64,000 nt of DNA, taken from an uncultured Haloferula sp. GTDB taxonomy: Bacteria > Verrucomicrobiota > Verrucomicrobiia > Verrucomicrobiales > Akkermansiaceae. The stretch lies in NCBI GenBank assembly GCA_965652295.1, contig CBFGTS010000017.1:1-64000 (forward strand), given 5' to 3'. Below, in pieces: positions 46,766 through 56,156 of this stretch (position 1 is the first letter of the stretch; each line of letters opens with the position of its first letter). Made by a program: the position numbers and the translations under genes. The notes under the pieces were generated by a model. That model was not told where the DNA came from and did no database searches. It saw only the letters and a list, made by a program, of their open reading frames with translations.

Positions 46766-47896
46766 ATGACCGAATACTCGAAAGGCCTCGCAGGAGTCAT
46801 CGCCAACGAATCCTCGCTCTCGAATGTCCGCGGCGAAGAAGGAGAGCTGATTTACGTCGGTTATGGCATCGACAGCCTCGTCGAGCACTGCACCTACGAG
46901 GAAGTCGTCCACCTGCTTCATCACGGAAAATTGCCGAACCAGCAGGAATTGCACGCCTTTGAGAAAGCACTGCGGGCCGAACGCAGCCTGCCTGACGGCG
47001 TGATCGCGTTCCTCAAATCCGCACCGAAAGATGCGAATCCAATGGATGTGCTGCGCACCGGCGTCTCCATGCTGGGTCTCTATGACCACCGTGCCGAGAT
47101 TGGTGAACCGGACCACGCGAAGCTCGCCGCGTGCGCCATCTCGTTGGTTTCGAAGGTTTCATTGATCGTCGCCGCCTTCCACCGTTTCCGCCAAGGCTTG
47201 GAGCTGCCGAAAATCCGCAAGGACCTCTCCGAAGCCGGCCATTTCCTATGGCTCATCACCGGCGAAGAGCCGACCGCCCGCGCCACCAAGATCCTCGACG
47301 TGGCGCTGACGCTGCACGCCGACCACGGCATGAACGCCTCGACTTTCTCCGCCCGCGTCACCGTGGCCACGCTGTCCGACATCTACTCGGCCATCACTTC
47401 GGCCGTCGGGACGCTCAAGGGGCCGCTCCATGGCGGGGCCAACGAGGGCGTGATCCAGATGTTGCTGGAAATCGGCGATCTCGACAAGGTGGACGCCTAC
47501 GTCGAGGGCAAGCTCGAGCGGAAGGAAAAGATCATGGGCATCGGCCACCGCGTGTATCGGACGCTCGATCCACGCGCTCCCCACCTGCGCAAGCTGGCCA
47601 TCCAGCTGACCGAAGAACTCGGCGAGCCGAAGTGGATCCAGATGTCCGAGCGCATCGCGGAAATCATGCGCGAGCGGAAGAACCTCAACGCGAACGTCGA
47701 TTTCTATTCGGCCACCGTTTACTACTCGCTGGGCATCCCGACGGACCTGTTCACGCCGATCTTCGCGATCGCCCGCACCAGCGGCTGGACCGCCCAGGTG
47801 CTTGAGCAGCTGCGCGACAACCGCCTCTACCGCCCGCTCACGCTTTACACCGGGCCGGAGGAAGCCCAGTCGGTCCCGCCGATCGAGCAACGTTGA
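46766..47896 (+). CDS. gltA: Citrate synthase (short type)
   Basis: KGLAGV, HADHGMNASTF, GPLHGGANE, MGIGHRVY, NVDFYS, ARTSGW; methylcitrate synthase not excluded; start moved to ATG 46766. Confidence 0.9.
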   Translation: MTEYSKGLAGVIANESSLSNVRGEEGELIYVGYGIDSLVEHCTYEEVVHLLHHGKLPNQQELHAFEKALRAERSLPDGVIAFLKSAPKDANPMDVLRTGVSMLGLYDHRAEIGEPDHAKLAACAISLVSKVSLIVAAFHRFRQGLELPKIRKDLSEAGHFLWLITGEEPTARATKILDVALTLHADHGMNASTFSARVTVATLSDIYSAITSAVGTLKGPLHGGANEGVIQMLLEIGDLDKVDAYVEGKLERKEKIMGIGHRVYRTLDPRAPHLRKLAIQLTEELGEPKWIQMSERIAEIMRERKNLNANVDFYSATVYYSLGIPTDLFTPIFAIARTSGWTAQVLEQLRDNRLYRPLTLYTGPEEAQSVPPIEQR

Positions 47897-47903
47897 CCCG
47901 ACG

Positions 47904-48620
47904 GTGCGCGCCTTTGATCCGCTGGCGTTCCTGAAGCAGTTCGGTGACGAAGCGCGGCACCGAGGGCTCACCGCCCTGCGCCTCGCCGAAACCGCGGCCG
48001 GACCGGTGATGGCCTACACGCCCTCCTCCCCCGAGGGCGCGCGATATCTTTCCGCCGGGATCCATGGCGACGAACCCGCCGGCCCGCTTGCCGCACTTGA
48101 ATTGCTGCGTGGCGGACAGCTCGACGACGGCTGGATCATCTGCCCCGCGCTCAACCCCACCGGCCTCGCCGCCGCCACCCGGGAGAACGCCGAGGGTGTC
48201 GATTTGAACCGCGATTACCTCCGCCTCGAAACCGCCGAGATCCGTGCCCACGCTGCCTGGTTGGAATCGATGGTCACCCCGCAGGCCTTCGTTTCCCTGC
48301 ATGAGGACTGGGAATGCAGCGGGTTCTATTTTTACGAGATCAACCTTGGCGAAGACCGCCCGGAGCGGGCCCAAGCGATCCTCGATGCCGTCACTCCGTG
48401 CTTCCCGCCCGAGCCGGAAGCCAGCATCGACGACCACGACACCCGCGAGCCCGGCTGGATTTATCATGGTGCCGAGGCCGATCTGCCCCACGACTGGCCG
48501 GAAGCCATCTACCTCGCCAAACGCGGCTGCCCGATCTCCTTCACTTTCGAAACGCCGAGTTCGAAAGAACTCACGAAGCGCATCGCCGCCCACGTCGCCG
48601 CCTTTAAGGCGGCGATGTAG
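47904..48620 (+). CDS. M14 family Zn metallopeptidase / succinylglutamate desuccinylase-like
   Basis: SAGIHGDEPAG, NPTG, DLNRDY, SLHED, TFETPS; start uncertain. Confidence 0.85.
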   Translation: MRAFDPLAFLKQFGDEARHRGLTALRLAETAAGPVMAYTPSSPEGARYLSAGIHGDEPAGPLAALELLRGGQLDDGWIICPALNPTGLAAATRENAEGVDLNRDYLRLETAEIRAHAAWLESMVTPQAFVSLHEDWECSGFYFYEINLGEDRPERAQAILDAVTPCFPPEPEASIDDHDTREPGWIYHGAEADLPHDWPEAIYLAKRGCPISFTFETPSSKELTKRIAAHVAAFKAAM

Positions 48621-48695
48621 GAGGCGGGACGCCTCCGTCCCACAACCGGTGACGCCCGCTGCCACCCTCGCAGGACGAGGGCGTCCCGCCTCCTA
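48617..48695. repeat. GTAG-type REP doublet (inverted repeat)
   Basis: TAGGAGGCGGGACGCC (48618-48633)/GGCGTCCCGCCTCCTA (48680-48695); the GTAG includes the upstream stop codon. Confidence 0.65.
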
Positions 48696-48735
48696 TTTGA
48701 TCGAAGCGCCGCGACCGAGTCGTAGCATGGGTCAC

Positions 48736-50925
48736 ATGAAGTGGCTGCTGCCTTTTGCCCTCGTCGCCATCGCGACTGCGGAACCGGTCGATGAGTTCAT
48801 CTCCGCCGCCGCTTCGGAGCACGGTGCCTTCGGCGAAAAGGCGGCCCGTTTTCTGGTGGAGCACATGCCGGAGAAAGATCGCGACACTCTCAGCGCGGAT
48901 TTCCTGATCGAGAACCTCGATCTTGCACTGAAGGCTCGCGCGGTTTTCCCGTGGGCCCGGGATGTGCCGGAAGATCTCTTCCTTAACGACGTGCTTCCCT
49001 ACGCGGTGTTTGATGAAGCGCGCGACCCGTGGCGGGCGGATTTTTTCGAGAAGTGCGCCCCTCTCGTGAAGGACACCGCGACCGCCAGCGAGGCGGCGCA
49101 GCTCCTCAACAGGGAGTTCTTCGACCTGATCGGAACCCACTACGATACCCGCCGTAGCAAAACCAACCAGAGCCCGAAGGAATCGATGGAGCAGGGCAAG
49201 GCGACCTGCACCGGGCTCTCGATCCTGTTTGTCGATGCCTGTCGCGCGGTCGGCATCCCGGCACGAGCGGTCGGCACGCCGATGTGGTCCAATGGCCGCG
49301 GCAACCACACCTGGGTCGAGATCTGGGACGAGGGTTGGCGCTTCACCGGTGCGGACGAATACGACGAGGCCGGGCTGAACCGAGGGTGGTTCACCGCCGA
49401 TGCCGCGCAGGCCAAAGCCGACGACTCCGAACACGCGATCTATGCAACGAGCTGGCGGCGCGATGGCATCCATTTCCCCATGGTATGGTCGCCGGGCTCC
49501 AAGACCGTCGCCGCGGTCAACGTCACTCATCGCTATGCCAAGAATACCGACGTCCGCCCGCAGCTCGGCGTGCGCCTGTTCAGTGACGGCGAACGCATGG
49601 CGGGGAAAGGCTGGCTGACAAGCGCGAACGGCCGGCGGTTGGCGGAGTTCACGACCAAGGCCGGAACCACCGATCTGAACGACATGCCGCGGCTCGCCGT
49701 GACGCCCGGTCAAAGCTATCGCTTGTCCTTCGATGATCACGGCGAAACCCCGCCTTTCATCGCGGCAGCAGGCGAGAACACGCATGACGCCCGGCTCGCC
49801 GAGCTGACGCAGCCACCCGCGGCGGTCCTCGCGCTCGCCGCCGACCCCCTGGCCGACCCGTCGTTGTCCGCCGCGGATGCCGAACGCGTCATTTCCCTGC
49901 TCTCGGAGATCGAGCTGGAGAAAAGTCGCGCGGCGCGCGCCGCGGAGTTGGAGAAACGCGGGATCTCCCTCGATGGCACGACGTTGCGCTGGCTGGAAAA
50001 GGACTTCGGCGAGGCCGAGTCAGGCGGTCGCAGCCTGTGGATCTCCATGCACGGCGGCGGCGGCGCACCGACGGAGGTGAACGACCAGCAGTGGCGGAAC
50101 CAGATCGATCTCTACGAACCGGAGGAAGGCATTTACGTCGCCCCGCGGGCGCCGACGGATACCTGGAACCTGTGGCATCAGGACCACATCGATCCGCTCT
50201 TTTCGCGACTCATCGAGAGCATGATCGCGCTGCGCGGCGTGCATCCGAACAAGGTCTATTTGATGGGGTACTCCGCCGGCGGTGACGGCGTGTGGCAGCT
50301 CGCCCCGCGGATGGCGGACCGTTTCGCCGCGGCGGCGATGATGGCGGGCCACCCGAACGAGGCTTCGCTGCTGCCGCTGCGGAACCTGCCTTTTGCGATC
50401 TTCATGGGTGGCGAGGATGCGGCTTACGACCGGAACAAGATCGCCGCGGAACGGGTCGCCGAGCTCGGTCGTTTGCGAGCCTCCGATCCGCAGGGTTATG
50501 TTCACCTCGCCCGCATCTATGAAGGCCTCGGGCATTGGATGGACCGGCGAGATGCCGAGGCGCTGCCATGGATGGCCAAGTTCGAACGCGACCCGTGGCC
50601 GCGGAAGATCGTCTGGGTGCAGGACGACGTCACCCACCGCCGCTTCTACTGGCTGCAACTCCCTGGCAACTACGCGCCGCAGGCCGGTGAAAGGATCGAC
50701 GCCTCCGTGGACGGCCAGACCATTCATCTCTCCGAAAGCACGCCGCCGGGGACGGTGCTTCTCCTTCACGACGACCTGTTCGATCTCGACCGTCCGGTGC
50801 GGATCGAATGGCGCGGCCGGACCTTCGAGCGGAAACCCAAGCGTCACGCGGATGTCATCCGCCGGGCCCTCGCTTCGCGGCTCGACCCGCCTTCGTGCCC
50901 GACGGCGGAGGTCACCGTCGAGTAG
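48736..50925 (+). CDS. Exported transglutaminase-like domain plus alpha/beta-hydrolase (esterase) fusion protein
   Basis: Signal peptide; ATCTGLSI...CRAVGIPAR...NHTWVE; SMHGGG, GYSAGG, GLGHWM. Confidence 0.85.
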   Translation: MKWLLPFALVAIATAEPVDEFISAAASEHGAFGEKAARFLVEHMPEKDRDTLSADFLIENLDLALKARAVFPWARDVPEDLFLNDVLPYAVFDEARDPWRADFFEKCAPLVKDTATASEAAQLLNREFFDLIGTHYDTRRSKTNQSPKESMEQGKATCTGLSILFVDACRAVGIPARAVGTPMWSNGRGNHTWVEIWDEGWRFTGADEYDEAGLNRGWFTADAAQAKADDSEHAIYATSWRRDGIHFPMVWSPGSKTVAAVNVTHRYAKNTDVRPQLGVRLFSDGERMAGKGWLTSANGRRLAEFTTKAGTTDLNDMPRLAVTPGQSYRLSFDDHGETPPFIAAAGENTHDARLAELTQPPAAVLALAADPLADPSLSAADAERVISLLSEIELEKSRAARAAELEKRGISLDGTTLRWLEKDFGEAESGGRSLWISMHGGGGAPTEVNDQQWRNQIDLYEPEEGIYVAPRAPTDTWNLWHQDHIDPLFSRLIESMIALRGVHPNKVYLMGYSAGGDGVWQLAPRMADRFAAAAMMAGHPNEASLLPLRNLPFAIFMGGEDAAYDRNKIAAERVAELGRLRASDPQGYVHLARIYEGLGHWMDRRDAEALPWMAKFERDPWPRKIVWVQDDVTHRRFYWLQLPGNYAPQAGERIDASVDGQTIHLSESTPPGTVLLLHDDLFDLDRPVRIEWRGRTFERKPKRHADVIRRALASRLDPPSCPTAEVTVE

Positions 50926-50928
50926 CCC

Positions 50929-52878
50929 TCAGCAGAACTTCGCGTGGAGGATGTGGAGGCCGAGGAGGTGGTTGAGGAGGGCGTCCTTGCGGACGAGTGA
51001 AGTGGGGTCGCGGTCGGCGTCGTATTCCTTGAGGAAACCCTCCACCGCATCGGCGGAGAGGATGCCGCAGCGATTGACGGCGTCGCGGTTGAGGAAGGCG
51101 TCGATGAGTTCGCGAACCTTGGCCTTCTTCTTCTCGTCGGTGTGCGCGGGCGGGGCCATGAAGGCGAACTTCTCGCGCTTGTAGAGGATCTCGGGAAGGA
51201 CGCCGCAAACGGCCTCGCGGAGGACGTATTTCTCGATGTTGCCCTTGATGCGGTAATGCGGCGGCACCTTGAAGGCTGCCTCCGCGAGGTGGTGGTCGAG
51301 GAAGGCGGGGCGGCTTTCCATCGAGTTCGCCATGTCAACGCGGTCGCCGCCCCAGTTGAGGATCTGGCCTTCGAGCTGACACTTGGCCCAGGTGTACTGC
51401 GCGCGGTCGAGCGGGTGCCGGCCTTCCATCATCGAGTTGTCGATGCGTGAGGCGATTTCCTCGATGGGATCGTAGTCCTTCAGATGCTCGGCCACATCGG
51501 GATCGAGCAGCGGGCGGGCGAGGTCGAGGGTCTCCATCCAAGGCTGAAGCCAGGACGGCGTGAAGCCGCACATGGTGTCCCACGCGGGGTGGTGGCGGAC
51601 GTTTTCGGAGAGGATCGCGCCCTTGAAGAGCTTGTTGGTTTTCTCCAATGCCTCGGCGTATTCGGCGCGGATGTGCTCGGGCTCGTGGCTGATGCCGTGG
51701 AGGAACATGTCGCGCTTGAAGCCGGGGTAGCCGGCGAAAATCTCGTCGGAGCCCTCGCCGGTAACGACGCAGCGGTAACCGCATTCCCAGACGCGCTTGG
51801 ACATCAGATTCTTCGCCACGCCGAGGGTGTTGTAGAAGGTGCGCTCGGCGTGCCAGACGGTGTCGATGTAGTTCTCGCCGTAGAGATCGTCGGCGGCCAG
51901 GGTGATCATTTCCTGGTCGGCGTTCATCGACTCCGCCATCTCGCGGGCGATACTAGACTCGTCGTAGTCGTCGTTGTCGAAGGCGATGGTGAAGGCCTTG
52001 ACCGGCGATTGCATGGCGCCGGTGGCGAGGCCGAGGATGCAGCAGGAATCGATGCCGCCGCTGAGGTAGCAGCCGACCGGGACGTCGGCCTCAAGCCGGA
52101 GGACCACGGCGCGGGTGAGCTCCTCGCGGATCTTCTCGACGTGGTATTCCTCGTTCTCGGGCTGGTCGTGGCCGCCTTCTTCGGGGAAATCGAGGTCCCA
52201 GTATTTGATCTTCTCGATTGAAAGGCGGTCGCCGTTTTTCCGCACGCGGAGCAGGTGGCCGGGCGCGAGCGACTCGATGTTTTTGAACGCGCTCATGCCG
52301 GGCGCGATGGTCTGCATGAGCTGGTGCAGCGCGGCCTTTTCGTCGAGTTCGGCGGGGATCTCCGGGTGGGCGAGGAGGGCCTTGACCTCGGAACCCCAGT
52401 GGATGGTGTGGCCGTCCTGAACGTGGATGAAGAGCGGGCGGATACCCCAACGGTCGCGAACGAGGAGCAACTCGTCGTTCTCCTGATCATAGAGCGCGAA
52501 GGCGAACTCGCCGCGGAGGTGCTTGAGGAAATCGAGGCCGTGTTTGCGGTAGAGGCCGAGCGCGATCTCGGAGTCCGACTTGGTGCGGAACCGCTGGCCC
52601 TCGGCCATGAGGACGGAGCGGTGGAACTTGAAGTCGTAGAACTCGCCGTTGACGGTGGAAACGAAGCGGTCGTCGTACGAGCGGATCGGCTGGCAGCCGC
52701 CTTCGAGGTCGTTGATGGAGAGCCGAGTGTGCCCGAAGGCGATCCCACGTTCGGGCCGCAGCCAGGTGGTTTGCGCGTCGGGTCCACGGTGAAGGATGGC
52801 CTGGAGCTGATCGTGAAGGATCGGCTCACGGGCGTCGGTGAGAGGTCGGGCGGAAAAGCTGCCGGTAATGCCACACAT
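50929..52878 (-). CDS. asnB: Asparagine synthase (glutamine-hydrolysing)-family amidotransferase
   Basis: N-terminal MCGI (Ntn Cys), HRGPD, RLSINDL, NGEFY, RDRWGIRPL, LSGGIDS, TGEGSDE, DRVDMANSMESR.FLD. Confidence 0.93.
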   Translation of the reverse strand: MCGITGSFSARPLTDAREPILHDQLQAILHRGPDAQTTWLRPERGIAFGHTRLSINDLEGGCQPIRSYDDRFVSTVNGEFYDFKFHRSVLMAEGQRFRTKSDSEIALGLYRKHGLDFLKHLRGEFAFALYDQENDELLLVRDRWGIRPLFIHVQDGHTIHWGSEVKALLAHPEIPAELDEKAALHQLMQTIAPGMSAFKNIESLAPGHLLRVRKNGDRLSIEKIKYWDLDFPEEGGHDQPENEEYHVEKIREELTRAVVLRLEADVPVGCYLSGGIDSCCILGLATGAMQSPVKAFTIAFDNDDYDESSIAREMAESMNADQEMITLAADDLYGENYIDTVWHAERTFYNTLGVAKNLMSKRVWECGYRCVVTGEGSDEIFAGYPGFKRDMFLHGISHEPEHIRAEYAEALEKTNKLFKGAILSENVRHHPAWDTMCGFTPSWLQPWMETLDLARPLLDPDVAEHLKDYDPIEEIASRIDNSMMEGRHPLDRAQYTWAKCQLEGQILNWGGDRVDMANSMESRPAFLDHHLAEAAFKVPPHYRIKGNIEKYVLREAVCGVLPEILYKREKFAFMAPPAHTDEKKKAKVRELIDAFLNRDAVNRCGILSADAVEGFLKEYDADRDPTSLVRKDALLNHLLGLHILHAKFC

Positions 52879-52891
52879 GGTTTTGGAAGGA

Positions 52892-52926
52892 GAGATAGGT
52901 CGTATAAGTCCTATGGGACCTATTTC
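52892..52926. repeat. Hairpin built from degenerate 9-mer (ATAGGACCT-like) units between carbamoyltransferase and asnB genes
   Basis: GAGATAGGTC...GACCTATTTC; minus strand ATAGGTCCC ATAGGACTT ATACGACCT. Confidence 0.45.
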
Positions 52927-54011
52927 TAGGAGCCCGCGAATTCAGGAAGACGGTCAAGTCGGCCGAGCACCGCGAGCAGCAGCGCCTGGCGGACGAAGAC
53001 GGCCCCGTGAGCCTGGCTGAAGTAGAGGTTGTGCGGGGTTTTGTCCAAGGAGGTGTCCAGCTCATCAAGGCGGGCGAGCGGGTGGAGGATCACGGCTTCC
53101 TGCTTCAGCGGGCTGTCAGCGTCGAGCTTGTAGCGGGCGTCGAGCGCCTTGTAGGAGTCCCCGAGGAAGGCGATCGAGTTCATGTAAATCACATCGAGAC
53201 GCGGTAGGCTTTCGCGGATGTCGTTGGTGACCTCGTATTCGATGTTGGCGCGGTTGAGGCTCTCGGTGACGTCCTTGCCGAAGGGGTCGGCCATTTCCGA
53301 AATGACGGTGACCTTCTCGATGTGTTCGTGGAAAAGCAGCGCCATGAGCAGGAAGGATTTCACCGCGCGCATCGACCCGGGCGTGCCGAGGATGCCGAGC
53401 TGGAGTTTCTGGTCGCCGGTCTCGAAGGGTGCGGCGAGGCGGGGCTTCCATTTCAGCAGCGCATACCAGTCGGCCAGCGCCTGGGTCGGGTGCTCGCCGG
53501 AGCCGTTGCCGGCGTTGATGAGTGGGACGCGGAGGTTCTCGAGCATCTGCTTCGGCGCGTCGGTCTCGGTGTGACGCATGACGACGCAGTCGCAGTAGGC
53601 GTTGAACATTTCGCCGATGTCCTGGAGGGACTCGCCCTTCTTCGCGCCGGTCACGCCGCCATCGGGGATGGAAATGATCTTCCCGGCCAGGCGGTGGACG
53701 GCGCTCTCGAAGCTGGTGCGGGTGCGGGTGGAGGCTTCGAAGAAAGCGGTGGTGACGATTTTTCCATCGAGCGGATGGTAGGGCCAGATCTCGACCTGCT
53801 CGAGGAAGGCGGCGAGCTTGCACAGCTCGGCCACCTGCTGGAATGAGAACTGGCGGGCGTAGAGGACGTTCTGGCCGGAAAGTTCGGCCAGGACGTTGAG
53901 ATCGGGCGCGGCGGACGCAAAGAGGTTCCTCGGCTCGGGCCGGGTGGCGTCGGAGTCGCGCGGCGGCTTGAGATAGGGAGTCGCCGGGTTCGGCGTGAAT
54001 GCTTCGCTCAT
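52926..54011 (-). CDS. Aspartate/ornithine carbamoyltransferase-family protein (ATCase-like, altered acceptor site)
   Basis: FEASTRT, KKGES, MRH, NAGNGSGEHPTQ, HPL; YMNSIAF replaces YMTR.QKER; start moved to ATG 54011. Confidence 0.9.
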   Translation of the reverse strand: MSEAFTPNPATPYLKPPRDSDATRPEPRNLFASAAPDLNVLAELSGQNVLYARQFSFQQVAELCKLAAFLEQVEIWPYHPLDGKIVTTAFFEASTRTRTSFESAVHRLAGKIISIPDGGVTGAKKGESLQDIGEMFNAYCDCVVMRHTETDAPKQMLENLRVPLINAGNGSGEHPTQALADWYALLKWKPRLAAPFETGDQKLQLGILGTPGSMRAVKSFLLMALLFHEHIEKVTVISEMADPFGKDVTESLNRANIEYEVTNDIRESLPRLDVIYMNSIAFLGDSYKALDARYKLDADSPLKQEAVILHPLARLDELDTSLDKTPHNLYFSQAHGAVFVRQALLLAVLGRLDRLPEFAGS

Positions 54012-54034
54012 GGGTGAATCGAGGTTGGAGGGAG

Positions 54035-54154
54035 TTACCAAAGTTCGCCGCGCTTCCAGTCGCGGACCAGCAGCACGATCAAGGCAAGCGCGCCGAGACC
54101 GGTCCACACGAGGCCGAGGTAGACGAGGGCTTGGAGAAAGGTGGAGGAGAACAT
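54035..54154 (-). CDS. 39-aa single-TM small protein, probable SSS-transporter accessory subunit (not in ORF track)
   Basis: MFSSTFLQALVYLGLVWTGLGALALIVLLVRDWKRGELW*; starts 3 nt after the symporter stop; GC3-rich codons. Confidence 0.7.
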   Translation of the reverse strand: MFSSTFLQALVYLGLVWTGLGALALIVLLVRDWKRGELW

Positions 54155-54157
54155 GGC

Positions 54158-55579
54158 TTAGTGACCGATGGCATCGAGGGGCTTGGCTCCGATCCAGCGC
54201 GCGGCGAGGGTGAACACCATCGAGACCGCGCCGCCAACGAGTGCGCCGGTGTAGGTTTGGAGTTCAAAATACGCCCAAAGCCCGCTGGCACAACCGGCGA
54301 TGATTCCGGCGATGACGAGCGGGGCATTGAGTCGTTTCCAGAAGAGCCCGGCGATCACCGGCCAGATGAGGCTGGCGACGAGCGCGCCGGCGCTGAAGAG
54401 GACCTGATCGATGTTCCAGCCGCTGAGGGCGAGGCTCCAGGCGACCACGGAAACTACGATGATCGCCGTAGCGGCGACGGGGCGGAATTTCTGCGGATCG
54501 AGGTGCTGCTTGAAGACGCCCTCGTAGATGTCGCGGACCAGCAGGTCGGAGGTGGCGGCGAGGAGTGAATCGATCGAGGAAGCCATCGAGCAGAACAGCA
54601 CGACGAGGATGATGACGCCGGCGAACTGGCCCAGCCCGGCGAGGCCGAGGACGTGCTCGGCGACCTGCGGGCCGACTTTTCCGGGATCGGTTACGTTCAC
54701 GCCCAGCGGCCCCGCGCAGAGGGCGATGAAGCCGGCGGCGATCGGAATCGGGAACCACAGCACGCCGGAGAGGAAGAACGCCTTCGGCGCGACCTTTTCG
54801 CGCATGGCGAACGCGCGCGACCACCAGACGTTGTTGTGCATGACCTCGCCGAAGCCGAAGAGCATGTTGTTGAAAATGGCCAGCAGGGCGGCGGGCATCA
54901 TCACGTCGAGCAGCGCCGGCTGCTCCGCCATGAGGTGGCGGTGGACGGTGGGGACATCGACGTGATTGAGCACTTCGTAGCCGATGAAGACGATGCCGAT
55001 CAGGATGATCAGGCTCTGGATGAAATCGGTGCCGATGACCGCGTAGAGCCCGCCGAAGAGCGTGTAGAGCACGCAGACGACGAGGATCAACGTCATGCCG
55101 TGGACGTATTCGATGCCGCCGAGAGCCTCCAGCAGCTTGCCGCCGGCGATGGCCATGGTGACCAGCCAGGTGATGGAATACACCAGCGTAATGACGAGAA
55201 ATACGCCCCATCCCGTACGTCCGTAGCGCAGCCGGAAGAAATCGCCCGCGGTGACGCCCTCGGGGAGCAGCTTGCGGATGCGGAAGGCGAGCGGCGCGAA
55301 GAGCATCAACCCGAACGAGGCCGAGGCATAGGCGAGCATCCCCCAGACGCCTTTCTCGTAGGCGAGCAGCGGCGCGACCATGGTGGTGTTCGAGGTCACC
55401 CACGTAGCCATGGCGGTGGCGGTGCCGAGGGAAAGCCCGACGTTGCGTCCGGCGAGCATGAAACCCTCGCTGGTCTTCGCTTTCCTGCCCCACCACATGC
55501 CGAGCGCGACCCACAACACGCCCAGCCCGATGACGATGGCCCAGGCGGTGGAGTGGGAAATGGAAGCGGCGAGGATCAT
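54158..55579 (-). CDS. Sodium:solute symporter (SSS) family transporter
   Basis: About 13 TM helices; FMLAGRNVG, ATWVTSNT, YTLFGGLYAVIGTDFIQ, WWSRAFA, SSIDSLLAA; ATGA overlap with upstream gene. Confidence 0.92.
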   Translation of the reverse strand: MILAASISHSTAWAIVIGLGVLWVALGMWWGRKAKTSEGFMLAGRNVGLSLGTATAMATWVTSNTTMVAPLLAYEKGVWGMLAYASASFGLMLFAPLAFRIRKLLPEGVTAGDFFRLRYGRTGWGVFLVITLVYSITWLVTMAIAGGKLLEALGGIEYVHGMTLILVVCVLYTLFGGLYAVIGTDFIQSLIILIGIVFIGYEVLNHVDVPTVHRHLMAEQPALLDVMMPAALLAIFNNMLFGFGEVMHNNVWWSRAFAMREKVAPKAFFLSGVLWFPIPIAAGFIALCAGPLGVNVTDPGKVGPQVAEHVLGLAGLGQFAGVIILVVLFCSMASSIDSLLAATSDLLVRDIYEGVFKQHLDPQKFRPVAATAIIVVSVVAWSLALSGWNIDQVLFSAGALVASLIWPVIAGLFWKRLNAPLVIAGIIAGCASGLWAYFELQTYTGALVGGAVSMVFTLAARWIGAKPLDAIGH

Positions 55580-56130
55580 CGCGATTTGGCAAACCCGTGG
55601 AGGATGGCTCCGATGGTGAGGACGGCGACAAACGCACCGGTGCCGAGCAACAGGTGGAGCTGCCCGCGGTGCATGTATTCGACCTTGATCCGGAGCGGCT
55701 CCGACCACTCGGTGGCTCCTGTTTCGCGGACGCGGAAATGGTAGGTCCCTTCGGCGAGGCCGGTCAGCACGCTCTCGGTGTCAGGACCGCGGTAGCGCAG
55801 GTGCGCGTCGGAGAAATCGGCGTCGGTGCTTTGTTGCAGCTCGTATTCGGGTCCTTCGCCCCGCCAGACGAGGTCGATGGTGCCGTCGTCGCTGACTCCG
55901 GCTCTCGGGCCGAGATCGCTTTCCAGCAAAGGCGCGGCCATCGCGGAGCCGACCACTCCACCCACGACGAGGCCGGCGAAAACCGACCTGCAGAAATGGA
56001 TGTTGGGCGAAGGAAGAAAGATGGTTCCGTCGGGTTGGATGGCGGCTGTCCGGCAACGGCGGTTGCTGAAAAACGGCGCGGCTACCCTTGGGTCTAACCG
56101 CCGCGATGGCAAATTCTTTCTGGAATCCAT
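55576..56130 (-). CDS. Membrane-anchored protein with fibronectin-III-like domain
   Basis: IDLVW...YELQQS...YRGPD...LTGLAEGTYHFRVR...WSEPL plus C-terminal TM; true start uncertain and probably downstream of 56130. Confidence 0.65.
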   Translation of the reverse strand: MDSRKNLPSRRLDPRVAAPFFSNRRCRTAAIQPDGTIFLPSPNIHFCRSVFAGLVVGGVVGSAMAAPLLESDLGPRAGVSDDGTIDLVWRGEGPEYELQQSTDADFSDAHLRYRGPDTESVLTGLAEGTYHFRVRETGATEWSEPLRIKVEYMHRGQLHLLLGTGAFVAVLTIGAILHGFAKSR

Positions 56131-56156
56131 GCCGTCGCACGCGTTGGGTGGACCTC

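Noticed and set aside
52926..54011. Calling this gene pyrB
   Set aside because: It lacks the R229/Q231 aspartate-binding loop and pyrimidine-gene context, so it was left without a symbol.
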